From Mobula hypostoma (lineage: Eukaryota), in NCBI RefSeq assembly GCF_963921235.1, contig NC_086107.1, positions 114,578,001-114,638,000 of the forward strand: a stretch of DNA of 60,000 nt, given 5' to 3'. This document shows, in pieces, positions 25,001-37,769 of this stretch (its first letter is position 1; every line of letters starts with the position of its first letter). The notes below the pieces were generated by a model that saw nothing but the letters and a program-made list of their open reading frames with translations, did no database searches and was not told the origin of the DNA. Both the position numbers and the translations under genes were made by a program.

Positions 25001-26244
25001 AAGCGGGGTGTGTACCTTCATGCCCTGTGCTGTAGCTGTGAGGACAAGCCTTAAATTACCCAATCATAGTTTCTGTTTAGTGTTAGCCCCCCCCCCACCA
25101 CCTTTAAAGAAGGAGCAGCCAGGTCAGGTGGTATAGTGTGTGTGGAGTTTCAATGTTCTCCCGGTCTCTCTGTGGATTTCCATCAGATACTTCTGTTTCC
25201 TCCAGCATATCATTGTGTGTGGGCTCGATGGGTTAACCCGCCCTCATCGTGTCTTTAAAATCGGGTGGGGGGGTAGGTATGTGGGGAGAATGTAACAGGA
25301 TCTGTGATGCACTGGTTGGTGTTGTTGACAGTGTACAAAGCTGTCAAAGGATTCAGCAGGATAGAGATCAGTTGCAGATACAGATGTAGAAACGACATTT
25401 GGAGTTTAATCCAGGCAAGTGTGAGGTGTTGCACTTTGGGATGTCAAGTATAAAGGGACAAGACCCTCAATTGTGCCGATATACAGAGGGACCTTGGGTC
25501 CAAGTCTGCAGCTCTCTGGAAGTGGCCACACGATTAGACAGGGCAGTGAAAAAAGGTGTAGGGTACGCTTGGCTTCATCGATCAGGACGCCGATCGTAAA
25601 GGCCAGGAAGTCATGGTGCATACTTGAAATCCTGCATTCAGTTCTGGTCGCCCCGTTACAGAAAGGGTGTGGGGGCTTTGGAGAGGGTGCAGAAATGGCA
25701 AAGCAGCCTACTGCCTCTATTGGAGGCAGTGGAGGAGAGGTTGGACAAAGTTGGGTTGTTTCTCTGGAGCAGTGGACGCTAAGGGGAGACCTGATAGAGG
25801 TTTACAAGATTATGAGAAGCATAGATAGAGTAGAGAGACAGTATCTTTTAGCCCAGGGTGAAAATGTCTGAAACCAGAGAGCATGCATTTAATGTGATAT
25901 GGGGGAAAATTTAAAGGAGATGTGCGGGACAAATTATTTTTACATGAAGAATAGTGGGTGCCTGGAATTTACCGCCAAGGGCGGTGGTGGGAGGCAGATG
26001 CAAAGGAGGCACTTAAGATGCTGTTCGACAGACACATGAGCGTGCAGGGAATGGAAGTTATATTGTCATTGTGTAGGTAGAAGGGATTTAGTTTGATGTC
26101 ATCTTTGATGCCAATGTTGTGGTCTGTGTCAGTGGTGGGCTGATGGTCAGCATACACTCCTCAAGGGGCCAAAGGGCCGATTCCTGTACTGTACCGTTCC
26201 ATGTTCTGTGTCACTCAACAGGCTGACGGGTAACCAAGCAAGAA

Positions 26245-27543
26245 TACCAGGTGGCAGCTTCGCATTTATTGAGGAAGGAACAGAAGGCAAAACGTCAGAG
26301 ACCAAATACGCATCACCCTCGCCATTCCTACTAGCGGGAAAATAATAAATTAAAAAACAAAATTCCGCTGCCAAAAAGTACGACTTTTACAGGGATTCTC
26401 TCAGGCTGGGGCCAAAGCTCGGTGCCGCATAGGCCGCCATGCCCCGCCCAAAATGGCTGCTCCTGCCCTCATGCCTCACCCAAAACGGACATTGCCTTGC
26501 CCACAATATCCACCAAGGCCACAGTCCTACCTATATTGAGTGCCACTGCTTCACCCAAAATGTCTGCCTCAGCCCTATGTCTACCTAAAATGGACACCAA
26601 TGCTCTGCCCAAATAGACTGTCATGGCCCCTTGCCCCACTCAAAATGGTTGCCATTGCCCCATCCCAAAATGGCTGCCTGTCAATTAAAACATAAAGCAC
26701 AGGGTAAAAAAGCTGCCAACCTCAAGCACTGCCCCATGAAGTATCAGCCCAGGACCAAGGCAGGAGACTGAAAGCTCCTGCTTGGGGAATTTGTGGCAGT
26801 GTGGGCAATGGCCGAGGCTAACGACCTTCACTTGGCACGGCCCGGAATAGTCACTGTCCCACCGTTCCATCTCCACCTCTGCTCCACGCATGAAGACAAC
26901 CCAGCCTTGTAGCCCCACCCAAAAATGGACTCTTGTCAGCCACACCAAAATGGTCACAGGAATTGAAAGGGGTATTACAGAGGGGATGGGTCAAGGGGCC
27001 GGAAAGCAGGTGTTACAAAGGGGAAGACTGGAGAGGGTTTGGTACAGGCAGGGACATATCCCAGGATCAGACTGGGTGTGATACAGAGGTTTCACGGTTG
27101 GAGAAGAGTATGATACGAGGGCTCAGGTTTGGAGGGGGTGGTTGAAGAGGTGTTAGTATGGAGGGGTGTGAGTCCCAGGGTTAAAGAGGGGTTGGTAGAA
27201 AGGGGAAAATTTCAAGCTTGTAGAAGTGTGATACAGAGGTTTCAGGGTTAGAGAGGGGTTGCTGCAGGGTGAAAAGGCCCCAGAGTTAGAAAGGGGTTGG
27301 TACAGAGTAGGAAGGTTTCAGGGTCGGAGAGGGTGTAATATTGAGGTTTCAGTATTGATGGGGGTTTGGTACAGCTTGGGAAGGTTTCAGGGATGAAGAG
27401 GAGTTGGTAAGGAGGGGGAGGTTTCAGGGTCAGAAGGTTCAGTACTGAATGAGTAGGGTTCTAGGGTGGGGAAAGGTGTGGTAGGGAGGGTAGCAGCCTA
27501 ATCGCGAGGGAGGGTGGGTGGAGAGGACTGTCCCCAACACTCC
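26245..27543 (-). other. RNF40: Probable RNF40 3' UTR with poly(A) signal
   Basis: Largely TE-free stretch after the stop codon. Minus-strand AATAAA at 26265-26270, followed downstream by a GU-rich stretch (ggtattcttgcttggt). Confidence 0.6.
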
Positions 27544-27720
27544 TCAGCTGATGTAGATTCGGTGGAAGTCGTTGGCGCCAAAGGCAGCATTACACTTGGG
27601 ACACTTCCGCTGCCGGGTGTCGTATCGGGTCTTGACACACTCAAAGCAGAAGACGTGGAAGCACTTGGTCAGCACGGCGTCCTTCTTCCGTGTGTTGCAG
27701 CATGGACAGGTCAGTTTGGC
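27544..27720 (-). CDS. RNF40: RNF40 final coding exon (C3HC4 RING finger)
   Basis: [61 protein letters not shown]1-type RING domain, stop TGA. Confidence 0.97.
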   Translation of the reverse strand, partial: AKLTCPCCNTRKKDAVLTKCFHVFCFECVKTRYDTRQRKCPKCNAAFGANDFHRIYIS

Positions 27721-28328
27721 CTGGTGGAAGGAGGGGGAGAAACGGTTAATGGGGGACACCCTGTTACTGGGGTACAGGTGATCCCAGGACATCCTCTATC
27801 ACGGGGGTACAGGCAAGCTTTGAAAACCCTCCACTACTAGACTACAGGAGATCCCAGTGGTCTGACCTTCTGTCACCGGGCTACAGGTAGTCCCCAGGGT
27901 CTGATGCCCATCATTACTGCATACGGGCAATCACAGGACTCTCTCCGTTAACAGGGTTAAAGTGATCCTGAGATACCCTCTGTGATTAGAGTGGAGACGG
28001 TCTGCAGGGTCCAACACCATCTGTTGATGGGATATACAGGTGATTTTGGGCGACTATCCATTACTGGGGTACATGATTCCTCTATGTGGGGTACACATGA
28101 TCCCAGGGACACTATTACGAGGATGCAGGCAGTCCTCAGGTCTGACACTCTCCATTAACATGGTATACAGGCAAATGTGGGAAATCCTCCATTACCCAGG
28201 TAAAAGGCGATCGCGATGTCCAAAATACCCCGTTACCAATGATTCCCTAAGACGGCCTCAGTTACTGGGGTACAGGCGGTCCCCATGGTAACACATAGTC
28301 GGTTACACAGAGATTCCGGCTCTCTCAC

Positions 28329-28430
28329 CTTGTATTCCTTAATCTCCTCCATCAGGATCTCATCGGCATCTGAGAAAACCTCCACCTTCTTCTGTTTCTC
28401 CAGTTTCCGGCGAAGTCTGGACAGGTCCTC
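28329..28430 (-). CDS. RNF40: RNF40 coding exon 18
   Basis: [38 protein letters not shown]; 102 nt; read manually, not in the ORF track. Confidence 0.94.
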
Positions 28431-28875
28431 CTGACGAACAGGAAACGGGAATGTTACAGGCGTTCTGTGGGATCTAATTAGGGAGTTTTATGTACTGTAT
28501 CAGATCAAATGTGAGAATGTGGTGAGTGCACAAATGGCTGTTTGATTGCATGGCAAATCGATTTGGCCTCCTACGTGTGGGAGGCACTCCCTTCTGTGTA
28601 TGGGCTTTCAAGTGCACGTCTTTCATCTTGGCAGGCCCAGTTCGTTGCTTCCACACTGTGAAATGAGCAGTGTGTACTGATACTGACATGACTCAGTAAA
28701 GGTATTTAATCATACTACCCTGTTGTTCTTGTTCTTTCTCCGCGCAGTTTATGTATAGAGTAACAGTCCCTGGCAATGGAGTACAGACTGGAATTTAATC
28801 CAATGGTCGGCAGGGGAGGGGTGTGGTTGGTTTACACGGAAAATAAACCGGTCCCTTGGAGTGAGTGCTACTCAC

Positions 28876-29016
28876 CTGTGCTCGCTTGAGGTTGAATGAC
28901 TCCTTCTCCTTGGCAGACCGGTTGTCAGACATGGCTGCCTGGATCTCCTTCAGCTTGGTCTGCGTGTGCTCCAATTGGACCTTAAGGTCCTCAGCAAGCT
29001 GGGCAGCTTCCACTGC
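28876..29016 (-). CDS. RNF40: RNF40 coding exon 17
   Basis: [51 protein letters not shown]; 141 nt. Confidence 0.95.
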
Positions 29017-29189
29017 CTGAAGCGAGAGCAAGGGTCAAAGGATGAGATCTGGGGTGGGGGGGTAGGGGTGGGGGTGGGAAAGGGTAGTGTGTCCACAGGA
29101 AGGGGAGTGGACAGTGTGTTCAACGCCCAGTCCCGCAGGAGGGAGAGTGGATGGCGTGTCAAATGGCTGGTCTCAGATGGTGAGTCCAA

Positions 29190-29620
29190 TGCCCGGTCCC
29201 AGAGGATGGGGAGCAGACAGTATCTCAGACACCTGGTCCCAGATGGGAGGTGGGAGAGGATAGTGAATCCAGTGCCTGGTCCCAGAGGATGGGGAGCAGA
29301 CAGTATCTCAGACACCTGGTCCCAGATGGGAGGTGGGAGAGGATAGTGAGTCCAGTGCCTGGTCCCAGATGGGAGGTGGGAGAGGATAGTGAGTCCAATG
29401 CCTGGTCCCAGAGGATGGGGAGCAGACAGTATCTCAGACACCTGGTCCCAGATGGGAGGTGGGAGAGGATAGTGAGTCCAGTGCCTGGTCCCAGAGGATG
29501 GGGAGCAGGCAGTATCTCAGACACCTGGTCCCAGATGGGAGGTGGGAGAGGATAGTGAGTCCAGTGCCTGGTCCCAGAGGATGGGGAGCAGACAGTATCT
29601 CAGACACCTGGTCCCAGAGG
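29190..29620. repeat. Two-subunit minisatellite (40 bp A and 43 bp B; ABABBABABA)
   Basis: A=cctggtcccagaggatggggagcagacagtatctcagaca; B=cctggtcccagatgggaggtgggagaggatagtgagtccagtg. Confidence 0.95.
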
Positions 29621-29791
29621 AGGGAGTGCGGATGGTGTGTCAAATGCCCGGTCCAGGTGAAGAGGGGGAAGAGGATGGCTTGTCTGATGTCCGGTCCCAG
29701 AGGGGGGAGGTGTGTGCAAGAGGACAGTGTGGCCCGGGGGTGGGGGGAAGGAGGACAGTGTGACTGATGCTTTGTTCTGGGGGTGAGGTAC

Positions 29792-29917
29792 CTTGCGCTT
29801 GTTGAGTTCGAGTGCTTGGCTCCGCAGAGTGAGCTCCTTTTCCACCACAGAGAGGTTACTCTGGAGAACCCGCTCCTTCTCTTCCAGCTTCTGCACCACC
29901 AATAACTGGGCATCCAC
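29792..29917 (-). CDS. RNF40: RNF40 coding exon 16
   Basis: [46 protein letters not shown]; 126 nt. Confidence 0.95.
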
Positions 29918-30393
29918 CTGTGGGACACAGGGGAGATGGTGGGGTGATGCCTGTTCCTGCTCCACTCTGAGCAAACCTGTGCCCTCCACCCCCAGTCATA
30001 AGAGTCAGAACACGACAGCACAGAAACAGGCTCTTCAGCACATCTTGTCCATGTGATCCTGGTCTTTTGCCCAGACCCATCTACCTGTATCCGGACTGTA
30101 TTCTTCCATATCCCTCCCACCCAAACTTCTCTTAAATGCTGCAATCCACCACTTGCACCTGCAGCTCATTCCACACTCCCACCAGCCGCTGGGGCTGATG
30201 AGGAGTTGGGAGAACGGGAAGGACAGGAGGGTGGGAACAGAGGGGAGAGCAGGGTGTGGGCGAGTAAGGATGGAAGGGGTGGGGAATGGAGCGGAAAAGG
30301 TGGGGGGGGGAGGAGTGGAGAGGGAGATTGTTTGTTAGGGGTGATGGAGGTGAGAGTGTGAGGCCATACAACCCTGCCCTCCACGGACGGTAC

Positions 30394-30606
30394 CTGGGTC
30401 TTGAGCGTCAGCACCTGCTCTGCCAGCTCATCTTTCTCCTCCTTGAGCAGCTTGTGGATCTGGTTGGACTTGATCCTCTCGGACATGAGCTTGAAGTTGG
30501 CGTCGTCCTTCTCCCGCAGCTGCTGCATCAGCCGGATGTTCTGCTCCTGCATGTCCTCGAAGGCCTGGCCCGTGACGTCCATCTCCGAGAGCAGTGCCTC
30601 CTCCTC
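30394..30606 (-). CDS. RNF40: RNF40 coding exon 15
   Basis: [75 protein letters not shown]; 213 nt. Confidence 0.96.
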
Positions 30607-30787
30607 CTGTCCCGGGGAGAGGGGGCAGGGGTCAGATCTCTGTCATGTACAGTGCAGATATTTCCCTTTCTCACACACACTGCAGCTGTCTCTCTCACCC
30701 ACAGACACTCAGTGCAGGTCGGTCTCTCTCTCTCTCTCGGACCCCCCCCCCCCGTGGTGTCAGTAACTGTCCCTCACCCCCCCTCAC

Positions 30788-30937
30788 CTGTTTTGTTGCC
30801 GCCAGCTTCTTCTGCAGGTGCTCAATCTGCTCCTCGGCAAACTTGATCTTCTTGAGGGCGTCCTCATCCGCCAGCTTCTTACTCTCCTTGCGTTCCTTCT
30901 CCTCCATGTCCTTCACCTTCCCCTTCATCTCCTCTAC
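30788..30937 (-). CDS. RNF40: RNF40 coding exon 14
   Basis: [54 protein letters not shown]; 150 nt. Confidence 0.95.
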
Positions 30938-31481
30938 CTGGACAGGTAGGCGGGGGGGGGAGGGGGGGTATGTGGAGAGACAGAAGAGAGGGGACAGACA
31001 GAGTCCAAAGATTGATCGGAAGCCAGTACATCAAAGACTGAAATATGAGCCCACCAGGGAAGTTGGTGTCCACTGTCAGTGAGTCGATTAGAGGCGTGTC
31101 CTATCCTGGGGTTACAGGTCTCTCTGTGAGCGTGTGTGCGTTGATAGTGAGTGCAAGGCAGTGAGGAAAGGGGTTTGTTTTGCTGTTCTGCTGAACACGG
31201 TGGGCACGTTATGTTGGTGCAGGCTGCCCCCAGCACATCCTTAAGTTGCACTGCACTGTACTCACTGTATGTTTCGATGAACATAATGAATAAATACATC
31301 TGAATGGGAGAGACGGGGATGAGAGGGGTGTGAGAAGGGGTAGAGGGATGAGAGGTAGGGGAATGTTTGGGGGTGGGTTGGTGGGAAGTAGGGGGTGGGG
31401 TGGAGTAGGTGTGGGGGGAGGGAAGGGCAGGGGCTGGACTATTCACACTCCCCCATCCCTCTGAGTGTTGCCACCGCTTAC

Positions 31482-31599
31482 CTCGGCCTTGGCCCTCCTC
31501 TCCGCCGCCATCAGCTGCACCTTGTCCCTCTGCTCCTTGGGGGCCGACTTGTACATGTCCAGCAGAAGCTTCATCTCCTTCTGGCTCTCCTGGGCTTTC
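31482..31599 (-). CDS. RNF40: RNF40 coding exon 13
   Basis: [43 protein letters not shown]; 118 nt. Confidence 0.95.
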
Positions 31600-32523
31600 C
31601 TGGGGAGTGGGCAGAGGGAAGGACGTCAACGCATGTCAGGGGAGGGGAGAATACTATTGGCACCCCACTACGAGTCGGGGATCGGGGGAGGAACAGCCTG
31701 TTGTGAGATGGAAGTCAGGGCTGGGAGCGGGATAGGGGAATTAAGGGTTATAGGGAAAAGGCAGGTACGTGGCATTGAGTCCATGGACAGATCACCCATG
31801 ATCTTATTGAATGGCGGAGCAGGCTCAACGAGCCAAATGGTCGACTCCTGCTCCTATTTCTTATGTTCTTATGTAGGGTGGAGAGGAGAGCAACAGCATT
31901 ATTAAGGTACGAATTGAGGGTCCATTATAAGATGGGGACGGGAAAGGCGGGTGGCTATTACAGGGCAGAGGTGCGGATCAGGGACCCATTACAGGACAGG
32001 GAAAAGGGAGTGACAGCTTCTTATGAGACAGGAACCATCTCCTCCTTACAAGATGGATACAAGGGATTCAGTACCAGCTGCAAAACGGGGATGCAGATGG
32101 GGATCAGGTACCCATTATGATACGGGGGTGGGTGTCAGGATCCCATTGGGAGACGGGGAGGCGGGAATTGGAGGCCATCATATGATGGGGAGTGATGGCC
32201 CCTTACGAAGCAGGGGTGAGCACCAAATCCTATTTAAAGACAGGAGGTGAGCATTGGCACATTACGAGACAGGAAGCGATTCCCCATTATGAGATGGGGA
32301 TCGGTGGACCATTACAAGACATTGTAATGGCAGTCCATTACAAACCAGGTGTGGGGATTGGGCCCTCGTTATAAGACAGGGAGCAAGAACAAGGCTTGTG
32401 GGCGAGTGGTCCATATGGGACAGGTCAGCGGCCCTTTATGAGACTGTGGTGGGGACCAGGATGGGCAGCAGGGAGCGGTGGCCCATTACGAGATGGGGTG
32501 CGGTCGCCCATTGCAGGCCTCAC

Positions 32524-33050
32524 TTGAGCTCCACTTTCAGCTGCTTCAGGACATCAGAATCCTTCTTCTTGGCGTCGTCGCCCTTGGACTTGTCCTTCTC
32601 TTTGTCCCGGTCTCTGTCCCGATCCCTGTCGCGGTCTCGATCTCTGTCCCGGTCCCTGTCTCGGTCTCGTTCTCGGTCTCTGTCCCGCTCGCGGTCCCTT
32701 TCCCTCTCCCGCTCCCGCTCCCTCTCTGGCTCCTTCTCCCTGGTCCTAGGAGGGCGTTCTGGTTCCCGTTTCGGTGGGGGAGCCTCCTCCTCTTTCACCT
32801 CGGCTGCTGCTGGCACCTCCTTCTCCTTCTCCTCCTTCACCACTGCTGGAGCGGATGGTGTCGGCTGGGGCTCCCGGCTCTCCTTTCTTGCCTCTGCCGC
32901 TCCCTCCTCTTCCTTCACTTCCTCCGTGCCAGGAGGGGGACCAGTGGAGGGTCCGGACGAGGTTGAGGAGGAAGCAGTAGAGGAGGAGGAGGAGGAGGGA
33001 GGTGCGGGCGTCGAGCTGCCGACAGACGGAGGGTAGCACTGCATGCGAGC
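32524..33050 (-). CDS. RNF40: RNF40 coding exon 12 (low-complexity linker with RE/RD repeat)
   Basis: ARMQCYPPSVGSSTP...EVKEEE...ERERDRDRD...KKKDSDVLKQLKVEL(K); AG/GT; 527 nt, phase 0 to 2. Confidence 0.9.
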
Positions 33051-33169
33051 CTGAGGAACGGAGAAGTGGAGGGAAGAAAGTGAAGTGTTAGTCCGAGAAT
33101 AGCGTGCAAGGTGGTCAGATTCGATCAAACTGACGCAGCGGTCTGGATTCTGGAAGCATGGGGACCTCT

Positions 33170-35490
33170 TTCTTTATTAATCTTTTTATTGATTTCAAAG
33201 GAGCATAAATATAATCAAGAGGAGAATTATTTCAAATATACATACATATATATATATCGTAACAACATAAACTGAGATTAAGATAGACATTGTCAAACGA
33301 CTTGGGCCGGCTCCCCCACCAGACTTGGTCTGGTGAGGAGGGTGGGAGGACACCCAGCAGGACTGAAAAAAACAAGACCTGACAAAGGGCAGATGAGCTC
33401 CTTGTGAGCCAACGGCCATCTTCCGTGGAAGAGATTAAAGCCTCACTACGTATGTGGCCATCAAACTTTACAACTCCTCCCTTGGAGGGTCAGACACCCT
33501 GAGCCAATAGGCTGGTCCTGGACTTATGTCCTGGCATAATTTACATATTACTATTTAATTATTTATGGTTTTATATTGCTATATTTATACTCTATTCTTG
33601 GTTGGTGCAACTGTAACAAAAACCAATTTCCCTCAGGATCAATAAAGTATGACTATGACTATGAATCTACAAATTGTATGCTATGCATTTAGTTAGAAGA
33701 GACATGATGAACTTGGGTGCTGCACCGCGTGCCTGAACCTGCCCAAGGCCTCCGCCTAAGGAAGGGCCAAGCTCGAAGAAGTGGCCGCGGCTGGGAGCCG
33801 ACACGGCCTCGGGCTCGAGTTCAGCGGGGCGGTGGCGGGCAGTGCCAAGGCAGCCAGCGAGGACAAACTGGAGGAGAGGCTGTACTCGGTGCTGTCACAG
33901 GATCGAAGATGATGGAGGTGCAGAGCCACCAACCCCGGATTCAGATATTGTTAAACTAGTATAAAATATATAATTAAAAAAATGAAAATAACAATTCTCC
34001 TCTTACCAGTATATAAAGAGAAAGGAAAAAACACTGGGTTTTAAATGAAAAGGAAAAAAACACTACACTATAGAGAAAAAAAACAAAAAAAAGGGACTGG
34101 GCAGTCCATTTTGCAGATACGACCAAAAAAAAAGAAAGACTTTCTGATCAAATCTAAGACTTCGAAAAAAAGATTGAAAGAGGGATAAATCAAATTAAAT
34201 GAAAATACTGGAAATAAGGTCACCAGATTTGCTCAAATTTAAAGGATGTATTAAATGTCCGACTTCTTATTTTCTCTAAAATAAGTGGGAGGAGAAGATG
34301 GCAGTGCGCCTGCTTGTGCGCAGCTCTCCGGTGAAAAATGATATCGTATCTGTTAAATAGGGGCCGTGGACAATTCTGATTTGATGGAGAATGGACGTGA
34401 AAGCACAGAGGAACATCTGGAGAAATTTCTGAAACACCCGTTCGCTGCCGTCATTACGGTGTGGTTGGGAATCTTTCGGAGGGTAGACCTCAAAATCCCC
34501 GGCCTTGCCTACTTTTGGCAACCGAGAAGGAGGTCGAATCATTTGGACAGAGATGGTGCTCAGTACTCGGTGTCGGAGAGCTGATCAGAGCTCGAAGTTT
34601 TCGGATGACTCAGAGTCGGACCATGGTCGGGTGTGGCAGGGAGAGTTTTTCTTCCTTCTCCCGTCTGCGTGAGATGTGGGACATTTGAGAGACTTTGAAC
34701 TTTACTGTGCTCATGGACTTCTTCATCAAGTTATGGTATTGTTGCACTGTTGTAACTATATGTTATAATTATGTGGTTTTGTCAGCTTTATCAGTCTTGG
34801 TCTGGCCTGTGTTTTGTGATATCACACCGGAGGAAATAATGTATCATTTCTTAATGCATGCATTACTAAATGACAATAAAAGAGGACTACGTGTCTTCAT
34901 AATCCAAACTCGAACAGGACATAATGGAGGAGAGCCAAAAAAAAGAGCGTAGGTGGATTAGAATACTTCTACTTCAATAAAATAGCTCTCCTAGCCAGTA
35001 AGGTCGAAAAGGCTATCATACGTTGAGCGGAAACAGGAATATTTTCTGCTTCCGATGGGATAATCCCAAAAATTGCCGTAAGCAAATTAGGTTGCAGATC
35101 CAGATCCAGAACTTTTGATAGCATTGTAAAAACATCTCTCCAAAAGTTATCTAGCTTTATACAAGACCAATACTTATGAGTTAAAGTGGCCAGCTCAGTA
35201 TTACACCTGTCACAAATAGGACTGATATTGGAGAAAATACGCACTAGTTTATCCTTTGACATATGGGCCCGATGCACTACCTTGAACTGTATCAAGGAAT
35301 GACGGGCACAAATAGATGAGTTGTTAACAGAACGAAAAATTTTACTCCATTGGTTATCTGAAAATGACTCTTGAAGTTCTGATTCCAAAGCGTATTTAAT
35401 TTTATCATTAGATATCATTCGTGAGCTCAATAACCGTTTATAGATTATAGCTATCAACCCTTTTTGAAATGGTTTAAACTGAAAGAGAAC
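33170..35490 (-). mobile_element. L1-clade 3' fragment interrupted by nested retroposons
   Basis: ORF 34969-35490 ..ICARHSLIQFKVVHRAH..CDRC..THKYWSC; poly(T) tail about 33170; inserts at about 33300-33950 and about 34285-34905. Confidence 0.8.
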
Positions 35491-36504
35491 GTTGAAGACT
35501 TCATTCCCTGGAGCACAGGAGAATCGGGGTGATCTTCTAGAGGGGTACAAAATGACAAGGGGTGAACCCATGCTGGCTTATTACACTCACTGGATATATT
35601 TACAGCAGAGGTTGACAGGTTCTTGTGGGTTGAAAGAGTGTCAGAGGTTAGAGGTGAAGGCTGAGGATGAGAGGGATAGTAAATCAGCCATGATGGAGCG
35701 GACTCGATAGGGTGAATGGCCCACTTCTGCTCCTATGTCTTATGGTCTCAAGTTAGATGACATTAGAACTATACAGTAGGTCATAGGATTAGGTAGGATG
35801 ACAGTGAACAGTAGCGTCCTGAGAAGAGCTGAACAGAGACACCATGAAGTGCAAGTGTATAGTTCGGTGAGAGCGATGTCACAGCTAGAAGGATGATGAA
35901 GAAAGGCGTTTGGCACACTGACCTTCATCGGTCTGGGCACTGAGTACAGGAGTCGAGAGTAGCAGTGGTACAAGATGAGGCCAGAGTGAGCCCATACTTG
36001 GGAGTTCTGTGTTGATTTTTTGTTGCTGTACACTGGGAAAGATGTCACTGAGCTGCAAAGAGATCTCTGAGGACATTACAAGGTCTGGGACAGTCTAGGA
36101 CCAGAGATGAGGAAGAACTTCTTTAGCCAGAGGGCAGTGAATCTGTGGAATTCATTGTTGCAGATGGCCGTGAAAACCAAGTCATTGGGTATATTTAAAG
36201 TGAAGGTTGACAGGGCATTGTAAGGGCATCAAAGTTTATGGGAGAAGGCAGGAGCATGGGGTTGAGAGAAATTAATCAGCCATGATTGCATGTTGGACCA
36301 GATTCAGTGAGTCGAGTGGACTAATTCTGCTCCTACGTTGTATGTTGCCAGATCTCAGTTATGGGAAGAGGTTAGACAGACTGGGATTTTACTCCTTGGT
36401 GTACAGAATGTGCACAGTCTTTTTCCACAGCACTAGGAAATCAAGAACTAGAGGGCACAGTTTTAAGGTAAGTGGGGAGAGATATTAAGGTTTTAAGATT
36501 GAAA

Positions 36505-37165
36505 GGGGATCTTGGCTACTCCCTGAGAACTCAAAAAGAAACATTTTATCAAATCTGGAATAAATGGATTGAATATATAACCCCAATGCGAGCAGACTTT
36601 AGATGACTCTCCTAATGATTTATATTGCTCTTCTCATCAACACAGTAATATTGCTAACATAAGCACCCCTAGTCTAAATGTTTGTTGTTTTTTTTTGGAA
36701 AATAGAGAATTAACACAAGTAAAGGGAAAGATTTGGGAAAGGGATAAAAAAAAAAGAAAAAATTAAGTAAATAAGTACATAGGGATTGGATAATTATGTC
36801 TGCGGGCAGGAACAAGCACGAACAAATTGGGATATAAACACCTACAATGGTTGGTATATAGGCTTGTATGCAAAATTTTGGACCAGTGGAAATGGTCCAG
36901 AAGGGTTGTATGGAAACTATTATTACCATTTTTCTTAACAACTAATTTCATTACTTAGCCTAATAGGTTAGATTTACCACAGTACATAATTATCTATTTA
37001 AATGTTTATTTTGCTTTTATAACATCTCAATGTGTACTTAAGAATGTATAAATAATTGTAGTTTTATACATATAAAAAAATGGAAAAGGTTATATGTGTG
37101 AAAAAAGTACATGATAATTGTGAACTCCTTATCCAAATAAAAATAAAATTAAAACAAAAAAGAAA
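36505..37165 (+). mobile_element. 3' end of a second L1-like family, inserted in a CR1 fragment
   Basis: ..TFYQIWNKWIEYITP.. ORF2 end, long 3' UTR, AATAAA-rich tail; aaggggatcttgg repeated on both sides as a probable TSD. Confidence 0.65.
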
Positions 37166-37547
37166 GGGGATCTTGGGGACAACATTTTCACCAAGAAGAG
37201 AGGTCCATACGTGAAATGAAATGCCAGGGGAAGTGGTTGAGGCAAATACATTAAAAGTGTTTAGAACATACTTGGACAGGAAAGGATTAGAGGGATATGG
37301 GTAAACACGAGTAAATGGGAACCTGGATCAGCGGAGACGGATTGGACTGAAGGCCTGTTCCTGTGTGGTGTGTTGGTAAAATTTTCTCAACCAGACAGCC
37401 TTCGCAGACACTGAAGGATTCCCCTGGCAGATATACTGGGGATGAGATGTGGGGAGCAGGGCAGTGCAGGGTGGGGGTGTCTGCTGCCCAGGAGGAGATG
37501 GGGGAACAGGGAACAGAGAAGGAATCGGCTTCCTCAAGGCCACCAAC

Positions 37548-37669
37548 CTTATTAATCTCAGTCTGTGCCTCCCGTAACTTCCTCTTGTAACGCTGCACGT
37601 CCCCCTTTAGCTGATGGTTGTGGTTCTGCAGACTGTTGATGAGGTGTCGCATCTCACGGTTAATGGGAC
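37548..37669 (-). CDS. RNF40: RNF40 coding exon 11
   Basis: (G)[44 protein letters not shown]; 122 nt. Confidence 0.95.
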
Positions 37670-37769
37670 CTGGGGGTGGAATGGAGGATTAGACAAAGGG
37701 TTAGGCTCCCTCCACACCGTCCTGCCACATTCCCCAGAGTCAGGTTCTCATTGTGTCATCCTAACAGAT

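Noticed and set aside
32398..33036. Plus-strand SR-rich 212-aa ORF
   Set aside because: Antisense mirror of the RNF40 RE/RD repeat exon
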